Shown: positions 1 through 12,420 of the stretch, piece by piece
How positions within the stretch are numbered: the first letter of the stretch is position 1
Layout of the letters: every line of letters starts with the position of its first letter
IMG/VR virus record: IMGVR_UViG_2579778842_000003
Length of the DNA: 64,000 bases
Strand: one strand, 5' to 3'
From: a virus
Lineage: Duplodnaviria > Heunggongvirae > Uroviricota > Caudoviricetes
Notes under the pieces: generated by a model
What the model was told of the DNA's origin: nothing
Database searches by the model: none
Seen by the model: the letters and a program-made list of their open reading frames with translations, nothing else
Translations under genes and position numbers: made by a program

Positions 1-435
1 GAAGGTTGCCGACGTGACCCATACATGTGCCCGGCGGGTGTATGGACTGACGGGATTGGTAATACACACGGGGTAACGCCAGGCGTGCGAAAAACCGACC
101 AGCAAATCGCCGCTGATTGGGAAAAGAATATCCTGATCGCTGAACGCTGTATTAATCAGCACTTCCGGGGCAAAGACATGCCCGATAATGCCTTCAGTGC
201 AATGACAAGCGCGGCATTCAATATGGGATGCAATAGCTTACGGACCTACTACAGCAAAGCGCGAGGCATGCGAGTAGAAACGTCCATCCACAAGTGGGCG
301 CAGAAAGGGGAATGGGTGAATATGTGTAACCATCTCCCTGATTTCGTGAACAGTAACGGCGTGCCCCTGCGAGGTTTAAAGATTCGCCGTGAAAAAGAAC
401 GCCAGCTTTGCCTGACGGGACTGGTCAATGAATAA
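1..435 (+). CDS. lyz: T4-type (GH24) phage lysozyme, 5'-truncated by the window edge
   Basis: Reading frame is open from base 1 with no stop before the listed ATG at 25; stop at 433-435. Resembles the C-terminal part of P22 gp19 / T4 e-type lysozymes (DGIGNTHG, conserved core, basic RREKERQL tail). Confidence 0.7.
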   Translation, partial: EGCRRDPYMCPAGVWTDGIGNTHGVTPGVRKTDQQIAADWEKNILIAERCINQHFRGKDMPDNAFSAMTSAAFNMGCNSLRTYYSKARGMRVETSIHKWAQKGEWVNMCNHLPDFVNSNGVPLRGLKIRREKERQLCLTGLVNE

Positions 436-682
436 ACTCCGGCAGCTCCGCCGACTTTCGACAATGAAGTTATCGCTGGCGGCGATAGTTTTTGACTCGA
501 TTTTCATGGCGGTATATGTGCTCAATGAGACGTGGCCACTGGAACCGCTATTGTATGCCGGGCTTCGGCTGTGCCTGACATTTTTGAGCATGGCTGCAAG
601 ATTGATGCAGCAGAAAGAAACCGCTTCAGATTGCCCACGTCGCGCGGTGCGCAAATATATGGCACGCAGACGAAGGCGATAA
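428..682 (+). CDS. small predicted membrane protein overlapping the lysozyme stop (holin-like by position only)
   Basis: ATG at 428 overlaps the lyz stop (ATGAATAA); two hydrophobic stretches (LSLAAIVFDSIFMAVYVL, LLYAGLRLCLTFLSMAARL); followed by the hairpin terminator at 695-721. Confidence 0.35.
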   Translation: MNKLRQLRRLSTMKLSLAAIVFDSIFMAVYVLNETWPLEPLLYAGLRLCLTFLSMAARLMQQKETASDCPRRAVRKYMARRRRR

Positions 683-694
683 TAGTTAACGATA

Positions 695-721
695 ACCCCG
701 GCAGCCGCCGGGGTTATTTTT
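695..721. terminator. rho-independent terminator-like hairpin between convergent genes
   Basis: ACCCCGGC-agcc-GCCGGGGT stem-loop followed by TATTTTT; lies between the + strand lysis genes and the end of the - strand pro-like gene. Confidence 0.5.
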
Positions 722-726
722 GATGG

Positions 727-3457
<2,731 letters not shown>

Positions 3458-3490
3458 TTAATTAGAATAATTCGCATCGTGTTTGAACGG

Positions 3491-3512
3491 AATTTAACAC
3501 TAGTCACTTGTT
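3491..3512 (-). promoter_or_regulatory. P1-type late promoter candidate (AACAAGTGACT element + 5 nt + TAAATT)
   Basis: On the - strand: AACAAGTGACT-AGTGT-TAAATT, about 40 nt upstream of the prt start; the same element recurs upstream of two other structural operons. Confidence 0.4.
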
Positions 3513-3523
3513 AAGGATTACCA

Positions 3524-6500
3524 ATGAACAAGCTATCTATTGGGGTGTTTCGCTGTTCAAGTGTCAGCGAAATATTGAAATACATTAGGGCAATAACATC
3601 TCACCGAGCGCCGATTAAATACGGCGTGGAAAAGGTGGAAGGCAAAAGCTATGACCGACTGCGCCGGGAGGCGAATCAGAAGGCGATAGATTTGCTTAAT
3701 TCACTGGTGGACAGCGCGACACTGACAGATGAACAGCGCCAGATCCTGGCTGGGTACACCGGTGAAGGCGGCATTGGCGGGTCCGTCTCCGAATATTACA
3801 CACCAAAGCCGATCGCTGAAGGTGTCTGGGAGATCATGAAGCTCTACGGCGCGGACGTAGGTAACACTCTGGAACCATCGGCGGGCACCGGCGTTTTTAA
3901 TGAGACAAAACCGGTTGGTACGGTGATGACTGCGACTGAGATCAGCAGTGTTTCCGGTCGTATAAACCAGTTGTTACACCCGGAAGACAGCGTACAGATT
4001 TCCCCGTTCGAACAGCTGGCTATAAGCACACCTAACGATTCATTCGACCATGTTGTGGGTAACGTTCCGTTCGGCGGTCGTGATAACACACGCAACATCG
4101 ATAAGCCTTACGCAGAAGAAACGGACATGGGTTCTTACTTCATGCTCCGCATGCTGGACAAGATAAAGCCAGGCGGATTCATGTGCGTGATTGTGCCGCC
4201 GTCCATTGTTTCAGGTTCAAACATGAAGCGGTTACGCCTGCGCCTATCACGGAAAGCAGAATTTCTTGGTGCCCACCGCTTGCCTACCGGTACTTTTGAC
4301 GCAAACGGGACCAGTACGGTCGTAGATGTGGTGCTGATGCGCAAACATCCGGCAGAGATGGCTGAGAAAATCCCCCTGGTGGATGAAAGCACTCTTGAAT
4401 CAGCAAATGTGCTTTGGCCAACGTTTATTTCTGGCAAGTGGTTTGAAAAGGATGGCCGCCGGTTTGTTCATGGCACCCAAGAAAAGGGCTTCCGGGGGCG
4501 TATTGAGGTTCGTGCCGACGGTCAGATTGATAACCAGGCTCTTAAAGCGAAGCTGATTCATCGTTTCGAAAGCCGTATCGACTGGTCTTTGCTCGATATG
4601 GCTGAACCGTCACCGACCGCAGACGTTGTTGGTGAAGGGGAAATGCGCCTGATTAATGGCGTATGGCAAAAATATGCTGGTGGTCGCTGGATTGAAGCTG
4701 ATGCCGGGAAGGAACTTAAGATCGATGCTGCCAGTTATGGCGCGGATAGCTGGGAGGCTCTTCAGCGTAACCTGACTACAACAGAAGGCCGTCTCGGTAT
4801 GACATTTACCCAGATGGCAAATGTCCGCGATAAGTACACCACATCAATCAGCGACGATATGGTGCAGCTGGTGGACTGGATTAACAGCCAGCCTGAAAAA
4901 TACCGTGAACGCTTGTATCGCGGGGCGATGATTGGCCGGATGTTAATTGAATATCAGGATATGAAGGCCGCCGGGCATAGTGCTGAACAAATCGAACAGC
5001 AGCGCCTTTCTCTGGTATCCCGTTTGCAGGCAGAGATTGACCGTTTTGGTAACCCCGGTCGCGGTCCGATAGCGAAATTATCGGGGAGCGGTGCGCGCGC
5101 CTGGTTTGCTTTCCGTGGTGCAATTAAGCTGGATGGCACTATTTCTGACGAGCTGACAGGAAAACTGGTTACGCATGATTCCAGCGCCAGTTATGACTCC
5201 ACCAGCTATCAGGACACCCTGCGTTATCTCTACAGTGATCTCACTCGCGATCCAATCCAGCTCGATGATTTCCGCCTTGCGTTTACCGGCGAACTGCCAG
5301 CCAGTGATGATGAGTTGCTTAATTTATTGGCCAGCACCCCTGGCATTGCGGTTTCACCGTATGGCGGGATTGTTCCGTTCGCCCGCGCCACCAGCGGCGA
5401 CATTAACGAGATAGTGGCTCCAAAACAGGAATTCCTCGCCACGCTCCCCGACGGTCCAGTAAAGAACAACGTCCTTAATCAGCTGGCAGCGATCGAAGAG
5501 AAGCGCATCAAGACGCCAGCAGAGAATATCCGCTTTAAGCTCAATAGCCGTTGGTTCGACCGTTCCGTCATTCTGGAGTTTTTGCAGGAAAACGGCTATC
5601 CGGATCTGCGCTATGTGCAGTCAGTGCAGCTGGAAGGCGACGAAATGGTTTCTGACACCTATCACGGTGGTGATGGCCTGTTCGTCGGGCACCGATACGG
5701 TGTCGTCCAGCGCAAGGATAAAGAAACAGGCGAGATCCGCTACGAGTGGGACCGTAAATCAGGAGAAAACGCGACCGGGTTCCCGGCACAGCTGGAAAAG
5801 TATCTCAATGGTGCGCGTATCGGTGGCAAAGATAGCGCGACGGCGAACGGCTATCGTGAGCAGATGGCACTGCTTGAGGACCAGTTCAATAAGTGGATCA
5901 AGACGCACGATCGCTACGATGAGCTGGTTGCCAAATACAACGATGTGTTCAATAGCAATATCCCGTATGAACACTCTGGCGATCCGCTTGGGTTGAAGGG
6001 ATTAAGCGGTAAGCGCCAGCCATTTGATTACCAGAATAGCGAGGTGCGCCGACTGTCCGAAGATGGGCGCGGCATCCTGGGCTTCGGTACCGGGCTGGGT
6101 AAAACCACGACCGCGCTGGCGCTTGAGACGTTCAACTATGAGAACGGTCGCTCCACCCGTACTGCTTATGTAGTGCCTAAATCAGTGCTGGAAAACTGGT
6201 ATTACGAAGCAAAAGAATTCCTGAGTGAAGAGGCATTCAGTAACTACCTGTTCGTCGGTCTTGATGTGCTGATGGATGGCGATCAGATTCGCCAGGTGCC
6301 GGTGCTCGATGAGAACGGTAAACCTGTTCTTGGTACTGATGGCACTCCAGTTATGCGCGATGCTCTTAAGCTGGCAGATGAAGCCACTATCACAGCGCGG
6401 ATGAACGCGATCCCGCACTCAAACTACCGTGCAGTCGTGTTTACCAAAGAACAATACGCCCGCATTCCGCTACGTGATGACACCGTAGATGAGCATGCAC

Positions 6501-9500
6501 AAGACATGCTTTATGACTTCGTTGCCGCCGGGCGCGTAGCCAGCGCAATGGATTCCGACTCCCATCGTAAAGAGGCGGCGCGTCGCTGGGTATTGTCGGA
6601 GTATTCAGATACCGGTACCGAAAAAGCAGAGAAGTATCCGTACTTTGAGGATATGGGCTTCGATAGTGTGATCGCCGACGAAGGTCACAACTACCGCAAT
6701 AGCTATAAAAATGGTCGCGAAGCGTCACAACTGGCCTATCTGCCCACCAGCGCGGTGGCGCAATCGGCGCGGGATATGGCAATCAAAAACGCGTACCTGA
6801 TGAAAAAGAATGGCGGGCGCGGGCCGGTTCTCCTGACTGCAACGCCAGTCGTTAACACCCCGATCGATGCATACAACATGCTTTCTCATGTTCTGCCGAA
6901 GGAATACTGGCAGAAGATGGGGATCTACGGTCCTGATGACTTCGTTAAATTCTTCGGCAAGACCAGGCTGGAAACGGTACAGAAAATCAGCGGTGAAGTT
7001 GAAGAAAAAATGGCGCTGGTGGGCTTTGAAAACCTTGATGCGCTGCGCGGTATATTCCATCGCTGGGTAACGCTTAAAACGGCGGAAGACGTTAAGGATA
7101 CCGTGGAGATCCCGGAACTGGACGAACACCAGCAGGATGCACCACTTACTGAAGAACAACTGGCGGCGTATGAAGAATTGCGTCAGCAGGCGGAAGCGGC
7201 GGCCAAAGCCAACAATGGTGTAACGACCTCGGTCAATGAAGACGGCGTGATTGAGCACGAGAAAGCCCGTCCGATCTTCTCAATAATCAGGGATATGGAC
7301 CGCGTATGTACTGACATGGACCTGTACTATCGCCGGATCACCTATCGTTTCCTGCCGGAGTACGCCGATGCGGTGCAGCAGCTGGCGGACAGTTTGCCTA
7401 AACAAGCCACCAGCGAAGACGACGACAGTGATGATTCAATCACGCAGCAATCGCAATACTCCCTGATAGATAAGGGCGAGTTTATTCAGTTGCAGGTTCC
7501 GGAAGCGTTCGAGCAGGAAGTGAATAAGCGCCTGGCCAGGTTTGGCATTGACGAACAGACCGTAACTCACCCCGTTACGCCGAAATACGCGAAGCTGATC
7601 GCCACGCTGAAGGAGTTTTTCCCGGAAGGGAAGCAAATCATCTTCACCGACGAAAAAACGCAGCACCAGAAGCTCAAGCGCATTATCTGCAATGCTCTTA
7701 ACCTTGAACCTTCAAAGGTAGGGATCCTGAATGCTCAGACTGTTGCCGAGGCAGGTAAAACCGGTAAGAAACTGAAAGCGGTTAAACCGCCGAAAGAGTT
7801 ACCGGATGAACCAACAGATGCACAGATAGCGAAATACAACGAGCAAATGGCTCTGTATGACGCCTATATCGCGCAGCAAAATGAAATGTCGTTGGGCGGT
7901 CTGGAAAAGATTGCAGCCGACTTCCAGGAGGGCCGGACTCCGATCATCATCTGCAACAAAAAGGCAGAGGTGGGTATCAACCTGCATCGAGGAACGACTG
8001 ACATCCATCATCTGACGTTGCCATGGACACCAGCCAGTATCGCACAGCGTAACGGTCGCGGTGCTCGAGTTGGCTCCAACCGTGCAAGCGTTCGCGTTCA
8101 CTACTACTGCGGCAAGGGGTCTTTCGATGAATACCGATTGAAGACGCTGAAGCGTAAAGCAGGCTGGATCTCCGATATCCTCCGTTCAGATAAGTCGGAA
8201 ATGGAGAACGCCGACGCCAATGACATGATCGAAATGCAGATGTATACCGCGAAGGATGACGGCGAACGTCTGGCAATGATGCAGGTTCAAATGGATAAGG
8301 CGAAAGCTGCGAAACGCGCTCGCCAGAAAGAACAGGCTACTATCGACCTTCAGAATTACATCAAGGCGCAGCACGCAGCTGGCGAGGATGTGGAGGTACT
8401 TACCGCTGAATTAGAGCGAAGCAAAGCGGAACTTGAAAAGACCACCGCCGAGGTAGCTAAATTCAAACAGGCGGTAATGGCCAAAGCAGCTGATAACGCA
8501 GACTGGAAAGCCCGCTGGGGTAGCGTCCATCACACAGACCGTACGTTGTTAGCACAGTATCGCGCGTCGTTGAAAAGCGCCATTCAGCGCAAGGCTAATA
8601 TCTCTCAGGCCATCTCCCGCTATGAGAAATTATTGAACCGTACTCAGAAGGCCGCGACGGATATCAAACGCCTGCGCCCGCTGGTGGAGGATGCAATAAA
8701 TAAAGGCATTCTGGATGTTGATCCTGATCTGGTTAACCATGCGAATGAGTTCCTTGTTATCGGCGATCGCTCATGGCGTGTAGGCCAATACTACGATTGT
8801 GCCGGTGATATCGTTCGCATTAAGTCGCTGGACTTCGACAGCCAGCGCGCAGACGTGGAGATCATCTTTACCTTAAGAGGCACCAAATCGGGTAACTGGG
8901 ATGTGAAGACGCTGGATAAACAGGTGGATGTAACTCCCGATGAAGATGCTGTTATGCAGAAAATCAGTGGTGGCGTCTCCATCGCCGGGATTAACGACAT
9001 CATTTCCTGTGACGATTTCTACCGTTTCCAGCAGCGCGGCATGATCAAAATCACTGACTCGTACGGCGTTCAGACTACAGAGTCAGGCTATAGCATTGAT
9101 TTTGTTGGTACCTATACGGACCCACTGAAGCATGCGGTTTACCCGGATCGCCGTGACGGCGCGCTGAAGTCGTCAATTGCAAAATGGGTGCTTGGTATGA
9201 TGTCGGAAGGGAATAACCGCCAGATCCGTTCGGCAGAAACATTCCTGGTTGAATTGTTTGGCTCCAATTATGGCGATGTAATCGCGTCATACGGAGATAC
9301 GCTATCCCCTGAAGCAATTCAGGAGAAAATAGCGGATGCGATCGCCAGAATGCCGGAAAAAACAAGCCAGGGGTCTACTCGTAACGGGGATTCTGAACTT
9401 GAAGTCACCAATGCCATTTTCGGTACCAATGAGTTCCGGGCGTCAGATTATGAGATCACCACAGCACAGTTTGGCACCATTGGCATTTACAGCAATAAAG

Positions 9501-10291
9501 ACGAGATCAAGCAGGCAATGGACGCAGCAAGTGCGCGCATTGCAGCAGAACGGAAAGCCAATCTGAATCATGCAGTCGCCGCGCTGACTCAATCGTGGGT
9601 AACAGCAATCAGGGAGGCCGCCACCACAGGAAAAATCACACCGGCAATTGCGGATGTCGTAAACGACGGCTCTAAATTTATGGATGCCTATAAAATGGAT
9701 GCGGTGCAGTTGCCATCAGTCTATGGCCAACTCAGCTATCGCATGACCTACAACCTGGTATCAATGTTTACTGACCTTGCCATCCTTGGGCTGGTGGACC
9801 TTAACGAGGTTACGCCGGAATTACTCAGCATGCGCAAGAATCATGTTGAGATATTGCAGAGAATTAACACGGTTCTTGCCGGGCGCACCGATGAAGAGAA
9901 ACAGGCCGACGCTGATCGGATAAACCTGGCCCTAGGCAACATCACGGAGGAAGAAATTGCCGCCAGAAACGAGAAACAAGAAGAGTTATCATCAATACAG
10001 GGTGATGCCACCAGCATAGCTCAGTCTCTTGGGCTGAATTATCGCGTATCCACCGCCGACCTGAAGATGATGTACGCACCAAAATTCGCCGCTGGCGAGG
10101 TATTTGGGCTTCAGGAAGCCTCCGGCATGAAAGGGGTTCTTTTCCGTGCGAAAGACGCAATCAAGGCGAAATTCGGCGCTCGCTGGTTGCCAGCGAAGGC
10201 GAAGAACAGCGATTTCCCGGGTAACTGGTGGATTATCGAGACAAAACACAACGTGGCGGACGTTCTGGCCGTCATCCAACAATACGCATAA
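3524..10291 (+). CDS. darB: DarB antirestriction protein (N6-adenine methyltransferase-like domain + DExH helicase domain)
   Basis: Single 2255-aa ORF; AdoMet motif I (LEPSAGTGVF), motif IV-like (GNVPFG), Walker A (GFGTGLGKTT), DExH box (VIADEGHNY). Size and position match P1 DarB. Confidence 0.88.
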   Translation: MNKLSIGVFRCSSVSEILKYIRAITSHRAPIKYGVEKVEGKSYDRLRREANQKAIDLLNSLVDSATLTDEQRQILAGYTGEGGIGGSVSEYYTPKPIAEGVWEIMKLYGADVGNTLEPSAGTGVFNETKPVGTVMTATEISSVSGRINQLLHPEDSVQISPFEQLAISTPNDSFDHVVGNVPFGGRDNTRNIDKPYAEETDMGSYFMLRMLDKIKPGGFMCVIVPPSIVSGSNMKRLRLRLSRKAEFLGAHRLPTGTFDANGTSTVVDVVLMRKHPAEMAEKIPLVDESTLESANVLWPTFISGKWFEKDGRRFVHGTQEKGFRGRIEVRADGQIDNQALKAKLIHRFESRIDWSLLDMAEPSPTADVVGEGEMRLINGVWQKYAGGRWIEADAGKELKIDAASYGADSWEALQRNLTTTEGRLGMTFTQMANVRDKYTTSISDDMVQLVDWINSQPEKYRERLYRGAMIGRMLIEYQDMKAAGHSAEQIEQQRLSLVSRLQAEIDRFGNPGRGPIAKLSGSGARAWFAFRGAIKLDGTISDELTGKLVTHDSSASYDSTSYQDTLRYLYSDLTRDPIQLDDFRLAFTGELPASDDELLNLLASTPGIAVSPYGGIVPFARATSGDINEIVAPKQEFLATLPDGPVKNNVLNQLAAIEEKRIKTPAENIRFKLNSRWFDRSVILEFLQENGYPDLRYVQSVQLEGDEMVSDTYHGGDGLFVGHRYGVVQRKDKETGEIRYEWDRKSGENATGFPAQLEKYLNGARIGGKDSATANGYREQMALLEDQFNKWIKTHDRYDELVAKYNDVFNSNIPYEHSGDPLGLKGLSGKRQPFDYQNSEVRRLSEDGRGILGFGTGLGKTTTALALETFNYENGRSTRTAYVVPKSVLENWYYEAKEFLSEEAFSNYLFVGLDVLMDGDQIRQVPVLDENGKPVLGTDGTPVMRDALKLADEATITARMNAIPHSNYRAVVFTKEQYARIPLRDDTVDEHAQDMLYDFVAAGRVASAMDSDSHRKEAARRWVLSEYSDTGTEKAEKYPYFEDMGFDSVIADEGHNYRNSYKNGREASQLAYLPTSAVAQSARDMAIKNAYLMKKNGGRGPVLLTATPVVNTPIDAYNMLSHVLPKEYWQKMGIYGPDDFVKFFGKTRLETVQKISGEVEEKMALVGFENLDALRGIFHRWVTLKTAEDVKDTVEIPELDEHQQDAPLTEEQLAAYEELRQQAEAAAKANNGVTTSVNEDGVIEHEKARPIFSIIRDMDRVCTDMDLYYRRITYRFLPEYADAVQQLADSLPKQATSEDDDSDDSITQQSQYSLIDKGEFIQLQVPEAFEQEVNKRLARFGIDEQTVTHPVTPKYAKLIATLKEFFPEGKQIIFTDEKTQHQKLKRIICNALNLEPSKVGILNAQTVAEAGKTGKKLKAVKPPKELPDEPTDAQIAKYNEQMALYDAYIAQQNEMSLGGLEKIAADFQEGRTPIIICNKKAEVGINLHRGTTDIHHLTLPWTPASIAQRNGRGARVGSNRASVRVHYYCGKGSFDEYRLKTLKRKAGWISDILRSDKSEMENADANDMIEMQMYTAKDDGERLAMMQVQMDKAKAAKRARQKEQATIDLQNYIKAQHAAGEDVEVLTAELERSKAELEKTTAEVAKFKQAVMAKAADNADWKARWGSVHHTDRTLLAQYRASLKSAIQRKANISQAISRYEKLLNRTQKAATDIKRLRPLVEDAINKGILDVDPDLVNHANEFLVIGDRSWRVGQYYDCAGDIVRIKSLDFDSQRADVEIIFTLRGTKSGNWDVKTLDKQVDVTPDEDAVMQKISGGVSIAGINDIISCDDFYRFQQRGMIKITDSYGVQTTESGYSIDFVGTYTDPLKHAVYPDRRDGALKSSIAKWVLGMMSEGNNRQIRSAETFLVELFGSNYGDVIASYGDTLSPEAIQEKIADAIARMPEKTSQGSTRNGDSELEVTNAIFGTNEFRASDYEITTAQFGTIGIYSNKDEIKQAMDAASARIAAERKANLNHAVAALTQSWVTAIREAATTGKITPAIADVVNDGSKFMDAYKMDAVQLPSVYGQLSYRMTYNLVSMFTDLAILGLVDLNEVTPELLSMRKNHVEILQRINTVLAGRTDEEKQADADRINLALGNITEEEIAARNEKQEELSSIQGDATSIAQSLGLNYRVSTADLKMMYAPKFAAGEVFGLQEASGMKGVLFRAKDAIKAKFGARWLPAKAKNSDFPGNWWIIETKHNVADVLAVIQQYA

Positions 10292-10324
10292 CAGGAGCGC
10301 CCGGTTCGCCGGGCGTCGCATAAT

Positions 10325-10765
10325 ATGGCCACATTATCTGATACAATAAAACCGAATAAAACATATCTTGAGGCGGTGCTGCGTACGGCGTTGTTAGGAA
10401 AGACAGAAGACGAATACGTTGATTTCTTCCTGTCAGGGCTACGCGGGCGATTACTGAAAAATCCCCGCCTGTACCGCAGTTATGGCCCATACTGGCCGGA
10501 AATTAAAAAATTATTACTGGAGCGCGGTTATGGTAATTTCGGTCGTCTCGTTGACCGTGACGTTCGCAAAATTTACCGTTATGACCGCCCGGCGCTGACA
10601 CTCATAGCCGCGACGCTCTACAGCCAGGAGCGTTTTGATAATGGTCAGATATACTCAGCCTGGCATTTACTGCCAGTGCCTGAAGAAGTTGACGACCAGG
10701 ACTATGAGTTTGAGTCTTACGATTTGGAAGTTGAAGCCTTGGCACAGGCTGGAGAGAAAACTTGA
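10325..10765 (+). CDS. hypothetical protein (P1 Ulx-like by position and size)
   Basis: 146-aa ORF directly downstream of darB, same strand; P1-like codon usage. Confidence 0.5.
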   Translation: MATLSDTIKPNKTYLEAVLRTALLGKTEDEYVDFFLSGLRGRLLKNPRLYRSYGPYWPEIKKLLLERGYGNFGRLVDRDVRKIYRYDRPALTLIAATLYSQERFDNGQIYSAWHLLPVPEEVDDQDYEFESYDLEVEALAQAGEKT

Positions 10766-11010
10766 AAAAGCGATACTACACAGTAAAGCATGGGACGCTA
10801 CGAGCATTACAAGAGTTTGCTGACAAGCATAACGTTGAGGTGCGCAGGGAAGGGGGAAGTAAAGCTCTGCGTATGTACCGTCCGGATGGGAAATGGCGTA
10901 CGGTCGTCGATTTCAAAACTAACAGCGTTCCCCAGGGCGTCCGTGACCGGGCATTCGAAGAATGGGAGCAGATCATCATAGATAACGCATTGCTCCTGAA
11001 TGCTGATTAA
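10762..11010 (+). CDS. small protein (P1 Lxc/Bof-like by position and size)
   Basis: 82-aa ORF overlapping the previous stop (ATGA-type coupling); followed by a strong terminator hairpin. Confidence 0.45.
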   Translation: MKKRYYTVKHGTLRALQEFADKHNVEVRREGGSKALRMYRPDGKWRTVVDFKTNSVPQGVRDRAFEEWEQIIIDNALLLNAD

Positions 11011-11045
11011 TTTATCGGGCAGTTTTATCTGCCCGATAAATTTTT
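11011..11045. terminator. strong hairpin terminator between convergent lxc-like and SIR2-like genes
   Basis: Perfect 12-bp inverted repeat TTTATCGGGCAG / CTGCCCGATAAA with a 6-nt loop, followed by TTTTT. Confidence 0.55.
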
Positions 11046-11056
11046 ATCGACCACAA

Positions 11057-12364
11057 TTACACTATATTCTTAACTATAAGGTTGGCGTCCTTCAAGGTGC
11101 CTAATGTTTCAATGTGGTTTTTTATCATTAATCTATTTGAGGCAATTATTGCAGGCCATCGTGTTTCCCAAGCTCTGTAAGCATACCAAGAAACTCCCCA
11201 ATTCCTTTCTTTACTCATATGACCCATCGAGTATTCAACTGCGTCTAAATATGTTTTTTCATACTTAGTATTGCTAACCTCTATGATGCTTCCAAAATAT
11301 ATAAGCCATTTTGCCAACTGTTCATATTGCTCCCACGCTCCGTTATTCCTTGTTAACTTTCTCTTTTTTTCTATTATCCTTTCGAAAAGAGAAACGACTT
11401 TATCATCATTCCAATCTAAACCTTCCGATATAATTGATGATATAATTTGATAAAATGAATCCTCTAATTTAAGATATTCATTTTTATAAGTATAAGCCCC
11501 CGAAACAACTTTTCTGATATTTTCGCGCGCTCTTTCAATGATGTCTTTAATGAGAGACATCTTATAACTTAATCGACTAAAGAAACAATCTATTTCTGTA
11601 TTGTCAATTACCCTTATACCAAAGCAATAGAAGTAATAATCCTTCATATCTTGACTTACTTTGTTGCGAGATATCAAAAAGATATTAGAGCACAGGGCAT
11701 TATTTTTCGAAAATTTTTTATAGTCATTTATAATTGCTTTAAGATTTGTGTCGCTTAAAGAATACCCTAATATCGCAACTGTATTTTCATGCAGCATCGT
11801 ACTAAGTTTTCGTGAAAAATAAGTATCGGAATTTATAAATCTGAAGTAATCATCTGAAGTGACAATCATATTTTTTGGCGAATCAATAGAGCCATGAACA
11901 TGATATATTTTCACCTTGGATGGATACTTTGGAATTGGCAGGCCGGGCGTGATAGACTGTACACTTTCATCTCCAACCAAGCATTCAGCCAACTTGTCAT
12001 AATTTGTTGTAATGACACGGAATGAGTTTTTTTGGAAAAAATCTTTTATATTTGATATGTCTTCTCCAAGTTGAATTGGAGATATGATGTCAACAATTTC
12101 ATCATAAATCGACTTACCCTCAATATTGAGCTTCAAAGATAGTATTTGTGCGGCTTCTTCAAGACTCAGTGCTGGTGGTTTATCATCAGGGAATAACGTG
12201 TCTTCCAACTTTTTGGCATTGTGAACTTTGCTGCAAACTTTTTTTAATAGTTCCTTCCACGTTGGAGCTTCACCGTTCGAGACTGCCTTTGAAAAGCCAG
12301 TCCCGGTAAATAGACAAAGCCTGCTTGTAGCGGCAGCGTATGCTAACTCAACATATTCGCTCAT
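11057..12364 (-). CDS. SIR2-family (SIR2_2-like, putative NAD+ hydrolase) protein with uncharacterised C-terminal domain; candidate anti-phage defence gene
   Basis: 435-aa ORF, visibly AT-rich versus flanks. Motifs: LFTGTGFSKAV (GxGxS), VITTNYDKL (TNYD), IYHVHGS...IVTSDDYF. GGAG SD upstream of the ATG. Occupies the slot where P1 carries res/mod. Confidence 0.8.
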   Translation of the reverse strand: MSEYVELAYAAATSRLCLFTGTGFSKAVSNGEAPTWKELLKKVCSKVHNAKKLEDTLFPDDKPPALSLEEAAQILSLKLNIEGKSIYDEIVDIISPIQLGEDISNIKDFFQKNSFRVITTNYDKLAECLVGDESVQSITPGLPIPKYPSKVKIYHVHGSIDSPKNMIVTSDDYFRFINSDTYFSRKLSTMLHENTVAILGYSLSDTNLKAIINDYKKFSKNNALCSNIFLISRNKVSQDMKDYYFYCFGIRVIDNTEIDCFFSRLSYKMSLIKDIIERARENIRKVVSGAYTYKNEYLKLEDSFYQIISSIISEGLDWNDDKVVSLFERIIEKKRKLTRNNGAWEQYEQLAKWLIYFGSIIEVSNTKYEKTYLDAVEYSMGHMSKERNWGVSWYAYRAWETRWPAIIASNRLMIKNHIETLGTLKDANLIVKNIV

Positions 12365-12420
12365 TACTTACTCCATTTACTTATAGTTCTATGGAGAAGT
12401 ATACCCTAATGCATTGACGT

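Noticed and set aside
3844-10160. Many 60-180-aa ORFs on the - strand or in other frames inside the darB span (for example 6725..7258, 6441..6782, 7799..8101).
   Set aside because: They lie wholly inside the uninterrupted 2255-aa darB reading frame and have no start context of their own; treated as frame artefacts.
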